Assembly: GCA_938021675.1 (NCBI GenBank)
Contig: CALIFY010000010.1
Coordinates: 8,749-72,748 of the forward strand
Direction: 5' to 3'
DNA length: 64,000 nt
DNA from: an uncultured Acidimicrobiales bacterium
GTDB taxonomy: Bacteria; Actinomycetota; Acidimicrobiia; Acidimicrobiales; SZUA-35
The translations under genes and the position numbers were made by a program. Shown piece after piece: positions 9,127 through 16,680 of this stretch (its first letter is position 1; each line of letters begins with the position of its first letter). Below the pieces are notes generated by a model. The model did not search any database and was not told the origin of the DNA. It saw only the letters and a list, made by a program, of their open reading frames with translations.

Positions 9127-10408
9127 CCGGGGTTGTAGCAACGGGCTGGCTGCCGGTCTCGGTCTGCATCGGACCGAAACCGGCAGCGTCGGCCACCAAC
9201 TGCCACCATCGCCACACCACGGGCATTCGGAGCGTCCAGCCCAGAAGCGCCCACCCGAGGTGTAGGTGCTCAAGGCCCGCTCCGACCGCGGGCACGCCGG
9301 CGAATTGAACGCCGTCCTCCCGCTCGTAGCGAACTCGGGTCAGCGGGTCGGTGGCGTGGTCCGGGTGGTCTTCGGCCGGCCTGACGGAAAGGTTGGTCGA
9401 ACGTCGAGCCAGAAAGAATCGAGCAACCGGCCAGCAGCTCTGGCAGGAACGCCGTACCCACAACACCGCCGACGAACCTGACTCGGACGGCCGGCCGTGG
9501 GGGAGCCAGCGTCGACGAGTCGATGCGTAGTGGGGCCAAGCCGACCCAAACCGTCGGCCGAGTTCGTCGTGTTCTAGCCGGCAGAAGAGCCAGGAGTACG
9601 CCAGCCCCATCGCCGCTGCCAACAGGAGAGTGGGAAGTTGGTAGACGGCTGCGCCAACGGCCAGCACGGAGATCGCTGAGGTCTGCATCGGGCTCCGCAT
9701 GTAGATCGACGGACCGCTGCGGACAAGGTTTGGCGGTGGATCGAACGGCCACGGTGTACCCCCGGCGAGGAAAAACTCGTGGACGCTGATCAGGCCGGGG
9801 ATGACGCAGAGCCCAATGATGACCGCCACCACACCAAACCCCCAAACCGGCACGGCGGGGCGCAGGGTGGCGCCGACGGCGGCGGCTGAAATCCACGGGA
9901 TCAGCCATGCCAGTAGAACCGAGAATAGAAGGAACTGAAGTCGGGCCCGCCAGGCCAAATTGGTTCGATCGGCGGTCCATCGGGCGAGGAGCAGGCCGGG
10001 CAATGCCACGAATCCCAATAACAACGCCTCACCGAGCAGCCATCGAGGACCAAGCTCGACGATCCCTTCAAGACGTGGCATGGCCAATAGGTCGATCACT
10101 CCGAAGCCGGCGACGGTGGCGGCCGGCGAGGTCCTGAGCAGCGGGCCGACCACGCCCCAGAGCAGTATCCAGCCCAGCATCAACCCGAGCGGTAGTGGCC
10201 CGACCCGGGGCGGAACGTCAGCGAATCGCCACCAGCCGACTTCGACTGCGGCCACGTTCACCACGATGAGCCATACGGTGTTCCAAAGTGTGGCCAGAGC
10301 CACCGCGCCTTGTTCGGTCCGATCCGGGAGGCGCCAGATCCACACCAGCCAAGCCACGACCAGAGGAACGACCGTCACGACCAGACCAGCTGGTTCGATC
10401 TCGGCCAT
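9116..10408 (-). CDS. Polytopic membrane protein fusing a PEMT/ICMT-like methyltransferase core to a C-terminal DCC-type (CxxC) thiol-disulfide oxidoreductase-like domain
   Basis: GGTPWPFDPPPNLVRSGPSIYMRSPMQ matches the isoprenylcysteine/phospholipid methyltransferase motif (GxYxxxRNPMY region). The C-terminus LWVRRSCQSCWPVARFFLARR...WRWWQLVADAAG resembles DUF393/DCC proteins. Start trimmed to ATG 10408 to clear the upstream gene. The 3' end overlaps the convergent OmpA gene by 11 nt. Confidence 0.6.
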   Translation of the reverse strand: MAEIEPAGLVVTVVPLVVAWLVWIWRLPDRTEQGAVALATLWNTVWLIVVNVAAVEVGWWRFADVPPRVGPLPLGLMLGWILLWGVVGPLLRTSPAATVAGFGVIDLLAMPRLEGIVELGPRWLLGEALLLGFVALPGLLLARWTADRTNLAWRARLQFLLFSVLLAWLIPWISAAAVGATLRPAVPVWGFGVVAVIIGLCVIPGLISVHEFFLAGGTPWPFDPPPNLVRSGPSIYMRSPMQTSAISVLAVGAAVYQLPTLLLAAAMGLAYSWLFCRLEHDELGRRFGSAWPHYASTRRRWLPHGRPSESGSSAVLWVRRSCQSCWPVARFFLARRSTNLSVRPAEDHPDHATDPLTRVRYEREDGVQFAGVPAVGAGLEHLHLGWALLGWTLRMPVVWRWWQLVADAAGFGPMQTETGSQPVATTPVSR

Positions 10409-10440
10409 GGTGGGCCCGAAGAGGTCGGTGGTCTGAACGA

Positions 10441-11487
10441 TCACCCACCGACCTCGCACATCTCGGTGGTGCACAGATTCGTTTCGACCATGTCGGCGAG
10501 GACGTGGCTCAGCTCGTCGACCCCCCAGCCTTGCAGCGGCCCGAAGTAGAACCCGGGTGAAAGTGAGCGTTCATACCCGACGCGAACGTCGAGCCTCACC
10601 CCGTGGTCGGTCGGGGTCCACGCCACGGTGGCGTGGTGTAGCTCCATCCAGCGGGCCATCGGTGTCGTGTGTTCAACGACGTCCCACCTCACATGGCGAT
10701 CGGTCCGTTCCGACACTTCGAGCACGATCTCGCCATCGGTGAAATGCACGGTTCGACGATCGCCGATGTCGATTCCGCCGCCGGTCATCGACTGCGGCTT
10801 TGGGAAGGGCAGGCGGAGCAGGAGGGGCTCGATGGTGGGTAGTTCCGTGCCGGTCAGTGCGGCCTCCACCTGCTCGGTGGTTGCGGCCACCGACCGGGTT
10901 TCTTGCCCAACTTCGGCCGGTTGCACTTCGAATGCAGCCCCTTCGGCCGATCCCAGCAATAAGAACAACACGGCGCCGAAGGCGTAGACCGGTCGGCCTT
11001 CGTCACGGCTCTTCTTCGTGGCCCAGATGATAAGACCGATGATCGGAAGGATGAGGGGAAGGGCCAGAAGTACGCAGACAAATCCTTCGCGTAGCAAGAT
11101 GGCGCTTCCCAAAATGGCGACGGTCGTCGCTCGCCAGGTAGCGAATCCGGATGATCTCCCATCGGTTGGGGTGCGGCCGGGGACCAAAGCGATCAGGATG
11201 GCCATCAGGCCAGGAACTCCGATGAAGTAGGCACCGGATTGGCTGAGCCCCGTCTCGCTTAGCGCCCATCCGCCCATACTGCCGACGACCGCAACAGCGA
11301 GGACGCCGGCCACGATCCACTGTGACCGATTGGGTCCGCTTGGGCGAGTCGGCGGCCCATCATCTGCTGGAGCTGGTGCGCTCGACGGGAGGGGATTCTG
11401 TTCCCACGGCACCGGCTGGGGCGCTGGCGTGAATGGTGGCGGTTGGTTTGCCGGTGCCCATTCGTCCGGTTGCTCTGATGGTCCCAT
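10441..11487 (-). CDS. Membrane protein with Pro-rich N-terminus, ~5 TM helices and a C-terminal SRPBCC-like domain
   Basis: 348-aa ORF with high GC3. The C-terminal ~150 aa (RTVHFTDGEIVLEVSERTDRHVRWDVVEHTTPMARWMELHHATVAW...) looks like a START/SRPBCC fold. The function call is tentative. Confidence 0.5.
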   Translation of the reverse strand: MGPSEQPDEWAPANQPPPFTPAPQPVPWEQNPLPSSAPAPADDGPPTRPSGPNRSQWIVAGVLAVAVVGSMGGWALSETGLSQSGAYFIGVPGLMAILIALVPGRTPTDGRSSGFATWRATTVAILGSAILLREGFVCVLLALPLILPIIGLIIWATKKSRDEGRPVYAFGAVLFLLLGSAEGAAFEVQPAEVGQETRSVAATTEQVEAALTGTELPTIEPLLLRLPFPKPQSMTGGGIDIGDRRTVHFTDGEIVLEVSERTDRHVRWDVVEHTTPMARWMELHHATVAWTPTDHGVRLDVRVGYERSLSPGFYFGPLQGWGVDELSHVLADMVETNLCTTEMCEVGG

Positions 11488-11550
11488 ACCGCCTGCTCCT
11501 TACACGCTCAGCCCATCGACCCATGCCTGACCGAGCTAGTTTGATCGTTT

Positions 11551-11564
11551 GCTCAAACTTGAGC
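11551..11564. promoter_or_regulatory. 14-bp palindrome GCTCAAACTTGAGC, followed by a half-site repeat (TGCTCAAA), upstream of the 10441..11487 gene
   Basis: Read directly. It lies 64-77 bp upstream of ATG 11487 in an AT-richer gap. The half-site recurs at 11569-11576. Confidence 0.35.
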
Positions 11565-11647
11565 GTATGCTCAAATAGTCAAACCGTCAAGACAAAGCCG
11601 AAGGCGCACACCGTCGTAGAGATACATGTCGTACCTATCTGTCGTCG

Positions 11648-11736
11648 GTGTATAGAAGCGCGTGTGTATAGATACGCCGTGTATAGATACACGTGTATGG
11701 ATACGCGTAAATAGATACGCCGTGTTCAGATTCGCG
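11648..11736. repeat. Iteron-like array of six head-to-tail 14-17-bp units, consensus GTGTATAGATACGC(C)
   Basis: Units as read: GTGTATAGAAGCGC, GTGTGTATAGATACGCC, GTGTATAGATACAC, GTGTATGGATACGC, GTAAATAGATACGCC, GTGTTCAGATTCGCG. The array is intergenic, between the trmH-like stop (11783) and the start of the next gene (11487). Confidence 0.85.
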
Positions 11737-11782
11737 GTAGTTGTGCGGTCGGTGACGGCCGAAAACGAAGTGACCGGAGGGT

Positions 11783-12448
11783 TTAGGCCAACGGGTCTGA
11801 GGAGGCTCCAGGGCCGTGGATGCGAATCCAGGAGTGCATGGCGATACCGGCAGCAACCCCGGCGTTGATGGACCGGGTCGAGCCGAACTGGGGAATCGAT
11901 CGGCATTGGTCAAGGAACGGTCTGATTCGATCGGACAGGCCGGGACCTTCTTGCCCGAACACCAACACGCAGCTCTCTGGTAGTGGCGCTGAGTCGAGCG
12001 GAATCGAGCCTGGCAGATTGTCGATGCCGATGAGTGGGAGCTCGTGTTCCTCGGCCCAGGCGACGAGATCGGCAGGCGTAGGGTGATGGCGGAGGTGCTG
12101 GTAGCGGTCGGTCACCATCGCTCCTCGGCGATTCCACTTGCGGCGACCGATGATATGGACCTCGGCGGCTAGGAAGGCGTTGGCGGTCCGAATCACGGTC
12201 CCGATGTTGAGGTCGTGTTTCCAGTTCTCGATGGCCACGTGAAACCGGTGCCGGCGAAGGTCCAAATCGGCGACGATCGCCTCCACCGACCAGTACCGGT
12301 AACGGTCGATGACGTTGCGTCGGTCCCCGTCGGCCAGCAATGTTCGATCGAATCGGGCATCGTCGGGCCACGGTTCAGGGAATGGCCCAACCCCGACCGG
12401 TGGGTCGATTGGTCCGGGCGTTCGGTTCGGCTCACGGTCGGTCGTCAT
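11783..12448 (-). CDS. TrmH/SpoU-family RNA 2'-O-methyltransferase
   Basis: SpoU motifs NIGTVIRTANAF, LVFGQEGPGLS and IPQFGSTRSINAGVAAGIAMH. ATG 12448 forms an ATGA overlap with the upstream ybaK-like stop. The track start 12541 lies inside that gene. Confidence 0.8.
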   Translation of the reverse strand: MTTDREPNRTPGPIDPPVGVGPFPEPWPDDARFDRTLLADGDRRNVIDRYRYWSVEAIVADLDLRRHRFHVAIENWKHDLNIGTVIRTANAFLAAEVHIIGRRKWNRRGAMVTDRYQHLRHHPTPADLVAWAEEHELPLIGIDNLPGSIPLDSAPLPESCVLVFGQEGPGLSDRIRPFLDQCRSIPQFGSTRSINAGVAAGIAMHSWIRIHGPGASSDPLA

Positions 12449-12987
12449 CGGGTGAAATCGGCGATGACCGCTGCGGTCAGCTGCAACAGCCGCTGGGGCT
12501 CGATGGGGAAGACGTGGCGGGGCGTACCGGCCGCGGCCCACACCTCATCGAAGGTCAAGAGGTGGGGATCGATCCAGGTCCGTAGCTGTTCGGCATGGCC
12601 GAACGGAGGGACACCCCCGATGGCGTAGCCGGTCGACGCCCGGACGGCCTCTGGTGTGGCGCGTCTGCAAGCCGACGCACCGGCGACGTTGGCCAGGGCG
12701 TCGCCATCGACCGTGTTCGAACCCGCCGTCAGCGCCAGCACCAGCTCGGGCTCACCGTCGGCAATGTCTTCGGCAGTGTTTTCGGCAGTGTTTTCGGCAA
12801 TGTCTTCGGGTCGCCCGGCGGCAGTGAAGATCATCGATTTCACGATCTGATCGATCGAGCAGCCGACTGCGGCCGCCGCATCGGCGGCGGTTCTGGCTCC
12901 CTCTTCTGGGTACTCCCGAACCATCAACTCCAGTCCGTGGGATCGTGCGAATGAGCTAACGCGCTCGGCGCTGGGGTGAGTTGACAT
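12445..12987 (-). CDS. YbaK/EbsC-family aminoacyl-tRNA deacylase
   Basis: 180 aa: ...DQIVKSMIF...LVLALTAGSNTVD...GYAIGGVPPFGH...IDPHLL, the YbaK-domain pattern. It carries a 16-aa repeat insertion (see repeat 12760..12807). Confidence 0.8.
   Translation of the reverse strand: MSTHPSAERVSSFARSHGLELMVREYPEEGARTAADAAAAVGCSIDQIVKSMIFTAAGRPEDIAENTAENTAEDIADGEPELVLALTAGSNTVDGDALANVAGASACRRATPEAVRASTGYAIGGVPPFGHAEQLRTWIDPHLLTFDEVWAAAGTPRHVFPIEPQRLLQLTAAVIADFTR
12760..12807. repeat. Four in-frame 12-bp units (A-B-B-A: GGCAATGTCTTC / GGCAGTGTTTTC) encoding EDIAENTAENTAEDIA inside the YbaK-like gene
   Basis: Read directly from the sequence and from the translated ORF. Confidence 0.9.
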
Positions 12988-13072
12988 CGTTGCACCTCGG
13001 GTGGGACGGATGTTTCGGTGAAAGCGATGCTATCGACCTTGATGATTTTGGCCTGGGGCCGATGGACTAGCC

Positions 13073-13981
13073 ATGGAATGGTTAGTTCGTCTACTTGGCA
13101 TCGGATTCATTGTCTGCCTCTTCGCGTGGTCGGTTGGGGTTACCGTCAGCCTGGCAAACGAACTGGACGATCGTCCGCCCTCGCCGGCGATCGCCGAAGT
13201 CGATCTGGCCGCCGATGGCTCGATCGAACCGGCTGTCGCCGACGAAGAGGTGGCGCAGCCCGAGTACCTCACCTACACCGACGGCTTTGAATCTGGCCGG
13301 TACCGGGTGACCGACGACGACGACGACGACTCCGACTCCGACTCCGACTCCGATGATGACGATGATCGGTCCTCGTCGAGGTCGAGCCGATCTCAGCGAA
13401 CGACAGAGTCCGACCGGTCGGATTCGTCGGAGCGATCCAGTCGATCCAGCCGGCGTAGGCGGGTCGAGCCCCGTGACTATCCGGTAGAGACCGATTTGAT
13501 CCCCGGCGTCACCCTTGCGGCGCGCGGCGAGGTCGAGCCCGGTCTCTACGCCACAACGTTCGATACCGTCGGCTGCTCCTATGAGCTTCGCCGGGTGATG
13601 TCTAGCGGAATCGAGCGAGCCATAGGTACCGATAGTTTGGCCACCGGCCGGATGTTGGTCTGGATCAATGAGATCGAGCCTGACAGCTTCGTGGCCAACC
13701 CATCTTGCGGCGAATGGGTCCCCTGGTCGCCGCTGGTGGCCCCGATGCGCAGCGCCGGAAACGGCGACTACTGGATCGGCGATTTGGCCACGGGTGAATG
13801 GGAAGTTCCCTCCGATTGCTACTGGGAGAAGGTCGTCGGTTTTCGTGGAGCCGAACTGGCCGACATCGTGGACTCCGGCCGAGGCCCGGGGGTTCTCATC
13901 ATCGACAACGAGACCTATGGCGTACGGATTCGCGGTTGCCGCCCGGGTAACCAGCTACGGCTACAGCCCGCAGGTTTCTAG
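13073..13981 (+). CDS. Membrane-anchored hypothetical protein with a poly-Asp/Ser, Arg/Ser-rich linker and a Cys-containing C-terminal domain
   Basis: 302 aa. TM helix LLGIGFIVCLFAWSVGV. Low-complexity DDDDDDSDSDSDSDDDDDRSSSRSSRS. C-terminal ~170 aa contain 6 Cys. No family recognised. Confidence 0.6.
   Translation: MEWLVRLLGIGFIVCLFAWSVGVTVSLANELDDRPPSPAIAEVDLAADGSIEPAVADEEVAQPEYLTYTDGFESGRYRVTDDDDDDSDSDSDSDDDDDRSSSRSSRSQRTTESDRSDSSERSSRSSRRRRVEPRDYPVETDLIPGVTLAARGEVEPGLYATTFDTVGCSYELRRVMSSGIERAIGTDSLATGRMLVWINEIEPDSFVANPSCGEWVPWSPLVAPMRSAGNGDYWIGDLATGEWEVPSDCYWEKVVGFRGAELADIVDSGRGPGVLIIDNETYGVRIRGCRPGNQLRLQPAGF
13313..13366. repeat. Coding trinucleotide/hexanucleotide microsatellite (GAC)6 (TCCGAC)3-4 (GAT/GAC)n
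   Basis: Read directly. It encodes the D6(SD)4D5 tract. Confidence 0.85.
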
Positions 13982-14008
13982 GCGTGCCGGGCGGCCGCAT
14001 CGCGCCGA

Positions 14009-14040
14009 CGGAGGTTACCGGATCGATCCGGTAACCTCCG
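14009..14040. terminator. Perfect 32-bp palindrome (16-bp arms), a likely bidirectional terminator between convergent genes
   Basis: CGGAGGTTACCGGATC|GATCCGGTAACCTCCG, located between the stop at 13981 (+) and the stop at 14063 (-). Confidence 0.7.
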
Positions 14041-14062
14041 CAACTGAGAACGGCCGGGAGAT

Positions 14063-15034
14063 CTAGTACCCGTCGGTGCCGGCCTCGTCTTCCGTTTCGT
14101 CCTCGGTCTCATCGCTGCCGTTGTCATCGGTGATGAGCGAACCATCTGGGGTTGCGACGAACCATACGCCGCCAGAACCCTGGCCATTGATATCACCTGC
14201 CGCCGCGTCTCCAGCGAAACGGTAGAGCGGCCACTTGCCGGCTACCAGCTGCGAGGTGCCGTCGTCGCGCTCCGCAACGGAGAAGACCGCGGGGTCGAGA
14301 TCGGCCGGCAGCTCGTCGACGATGACGGGGGGCCACGCTTCTGCGCATGCCTCATAGCAGGACGGGACCCCGTCGACATCTTCGGTAAATCCGTACAGTG
14401 TCATCCCTGCCGAGTCGACCAGTGCGGCACCGAGACCGGTCTCGGTGCTTGTGACCACCGGATCATCGGACCGAGCGTCGGCTTCTTCGGCCCCTCCGCC
14501 ACCGTCTGGCGCTGGCTCGGTGATCAAGCTCCCGGCCGGCTCCACCAGAAACCATACATCTCCAGAACCCTGGCCGTTGATGTCGCCGGGAACAGCGTCG
14601 CCGGCGTAGTAGTAGAGCGGCCACTTACCGGCGACCAGCTGAAGCTGGCCGTCGTCGCGGGTTGTGGTGGCAAAGATGCCGAGATCGAGGCCAGGACCGA
14701 TGGTCCAGTCCTCATCGACGATGACCGGCGGCCAGGCCTCGGCGCAACCGCCGTAGCAAGTACTCGCCGCTGCTGAGTCGTTTGTGAAGCCATAGAGCGA
14801 ACGCCCATCCGGTCCGACGAGAAGATCGCCGGCCGTGTCGTTTGTGCCGAGCAGAGCCGATGCGGTCCCGGCCGTTTCCGGGGCCGAGGCTTCGGTTGCC
14901 GGTGGGGTCGCCTCGGTCACCGCTGTTTGTTGCTGATCTCCAGCGGTAGCCAGTGGCTCGTCGCTGCTGGTGCTGCAGGCCCCCAGGGCCAAGGTGAAGG
15001 CGAGAAACCCGCCCATGAGTCGCGTATCGATCAT
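14063..15034 (-). CDS. Lipoprotein with four COG4315-type repeats (secreted repeat with Y-x-F/Y-x-x-D and C-x-x-x-C-x-x-x-WPP)
   Basis: Lipobox LALGAC. Repeats such as GRSLYGFTNDSAAASTCYGGCAEAWPPV, LVAGKWPLYYYAGD, GMTLYGFTEDVDGVPSCYEACAEAWPPV and LVAGKWPLYRFAGD. Confidence 0.8.
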   Translation of the reverse strand: MIDTRLMGGFLAFTLALGACSTSSDEPLATAGDQQQTAVTEATPPATEASAPETAGTASALLGTNDTAGDLLVGPDGRSLYGFTNDSAAASTCYGGCAEAWPPVIVDEDWTIGPGLDLGIFATTTRDDGQLQLVAGKWPLYYYAGDAVPGDINGQGSGDVWFLVEPAGSLITEPAPDGGGGAEEADARSDDPVVTSTETGLGAALVDSAGMTLYGFTEDVDGVPSCYEACAEAWPPVIVDELPADLDPAVFSVAERDDGTSQLVAGKWPLYRFAGDAAAGDINGQGSGGVWFVATPDGSLITDDNGSDETEDETEDEAGTDGY

Positions 15035-15074
15035 TGTTTTCCTTCCTGTGGTTTGTTTGTGTGGACTGAGCGGA

Positions 15075-15518
15075 TCAGCCCGTGACCGTTAGCGATCCCC
15101 GCATTGATGGGTGGATCGCACAGAAGTATTGGTAGGTGCCCGGTGTCGCTGGGCCATCGGCGGTTCCGATCGCTCCGCCGCCGATGGTGCCGGTATCGAA
15201 ACTGCCGTCGTCGGCGGTCAGGGTGTGCGCGACCCCGTCGTTGTTGGAGACCTGGATCGTTTGATTTGCCTGAGCGGTGATCGGTGCTCCGAAATCAAAC
15301 CCGCTGATTGCGATAGCGGCGGTCGGTGTTGTTGGAGCTGGTGACCCGTCGGATCCGCCCTCCGCATACCCGGTCGATGGGTTGGACTCGGTTGGTGTCT
15401 GTTCGATCGCCGGAGCGGTGGCCGGCGCCGATGCCGTTGGGTTTGGTCGAGCCAGGCCGATTCCGGCCGCCACGCCCGCTGCTACACAAAGGCTGAAGGT
15501 AATCGTTGGTCGTTTCAT
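15075..15518 (-). CDS. Secreted cupredoxin (plastocyanin/azurin-like blue-copper protein)
   Basis: Signal peptide, then NNDGVAHTLT ... YQYFCAIHPSMRGSLTV, which supplies the type-1 Cu ligand set His...Cys-x2-His-x2-Met. Confidence 0.85.
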   Translation of the reverse strand: MKRPTITFSLCVAAGVAAGIGLARPNPTASAPATAPAIEQTPTESNPSTGYAEGGSDGSPAPTTPTAAIAISGFDFGAPITAQANQTIQVSNNDGVAHTLTADDGSFDTGTIGGGAIGTADGPATPGTYQYFCAIHPSMRGSLTVTG

Positions 15519-15567
15519 CGCGTGATGCCTGCTTTCGTTCCCGATTGGTTTCTTGTTCGCTGGCGGT

Positions 15568-16176
15568 TCAGAGCGATCCGGTGAAGAACCACAGGGCGGA
15601 GCTGAACCACAGCGCGGTCAGGAGGACAACGACGCTGGCCCCAAGAACTGGCAGGGCCCATCTCGGCATTCGTTCGGTCTGGAGCACGAGTAGCTTGGTG
15701 GCGAAGGCTCCGTAGAAGGCGCAGCCGAGAATCGAATGGATGACGACCCGGGTCGTTGTCGCTTGGAATCCAAGGGCCCAAAGGCAGTGGTATGCCACGG
15801 GGAGCGTGACCAGGAAGGCTGCCACGCCGCTCCACCTGTGGGCCGGTCCAAGCCAGCGTGGGGCGGTAGGTGCTACCGGCAGGCGGCCATACATCCAGAG
15901 GGCGGATCCCAGCTGAATCAGGGCGAGCGCCGCACCGACCGAGGTGAGGGACGACTTGACCAACAACAGTTGAGTGGCCGGGATGGGCTCGATACTGCTC
16001 CCGGTCGGTGTATGGATGCGGCCATAGACGCCGAGGGACACTGCGATGGCGGCCCCTACCGTCGCCGCCCCGATCAGCGCACCGACTCCGGTGACGGCCG
16101 ACGGATCCGGTTTGCCGATCGATGCTTCGCTCCGGCCATCGTTCGGCTTTTCGGCGCGCAAAATCTGCCCGTTCAT
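15568..16176 (-). CDS. Multi-pass membrane protein (DUF6529-like) commonly paired with cupredoxins
   Basis: 202 aa with about 5 TM helices. Conserved-looking HRWSGVAAFLVTLPVAYHCLWALGF. The family name is from memory, not from a search. Confidence 0.6.
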   Translation of the reverse strand: MNGQILRAEKPNDGRSEASIGKPDPSAVTGVGALIGAATVGAAIAVSLGVYGRIHTPTGSSIEPIPATQLLLVKSSLTSVGAALALIQLGSALWMYGRLPVAPTAPRWLGPAHRWSGVAAFLVTLPVAYHCLWALGFQATTTRVVIHSILGCAFYGAFATKLLVLQTERMPRWALPVLGASVVVLLTALWFSSALWFFTGSL

Positions 16177-16473
16177 GTCATGCCCCCTCGGACTCCCGCT
16201 CTGGATCCGAGTCGCCGCTGCGATCGGATCGTGTGGTTGTTACGGGGCGTACGAGGCGTCCGCTAGGAACGGTTCGCCAATTCTCGCGTGACCTTTGACA
16301 CCCTTTTGTCGGGAAGGGTCGATGGCGCGGATCTGCTGGGTTACCCCTCGAAGATGGGGCTCGTTGGTATGGTCCGGTCCCGAGGTGTCCGTCTTTGGTA
16401 ACGCCACGAACTCCCGGGGAAGCTGGCGAAGGGTGCTAGCGAAACCCCGGGACTGGTGCGGGCGTTGGCGATA

Positions 16474-16680
16474 TCACATTAGGTCGTCGAACTCACCGGC
16501 TTTGCATCCTTGAATGAAGGCCCGGATCTCCGACCTCGTGTAACAGAGCACGCCTTGCTCTGGCTCTTTGCTGTGGCGAAACACGATCTCTGGGCCGCCA
16601 TCGGCCAGCTCGACACAGTCGGCGTTCGGGCCGCTGAACGTTGACTTTCGCCAGGAGAGGTTGTCACGGTACGTAGTCAT
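16474..16680 (-). CDS. DUF397-domain protein (BldB-like small partner of XRE regulators)
   Basis: 68 aa: LSWRKSTFSGPNADCVELADGGPEIVFRHSKEPEQGVLCYTRSEIRAFIQGCKAGEFD, the canonical DUF397 pattern (WRKSSxSxxxGxCVEVA...RDSK). Confidence 0.85.
   Translation of the reverse strand: MTTYRDNLSWRKSTFSGPNADCVELADGGPEIVFRHSKEPEQGVLCYTRSEIRAFIQGCKAGEFDDLM

Noticed and set aside
9270-9980. 236-aa minus-strand ORF in an alternative frame of the methyltransferase-fusion gene.
   Set aside because: It is on the same strand but off-frame, with an Arg/Pro/Gly-rich product. The 9116-10408 frame carries the TM helices and recognisable motifs.
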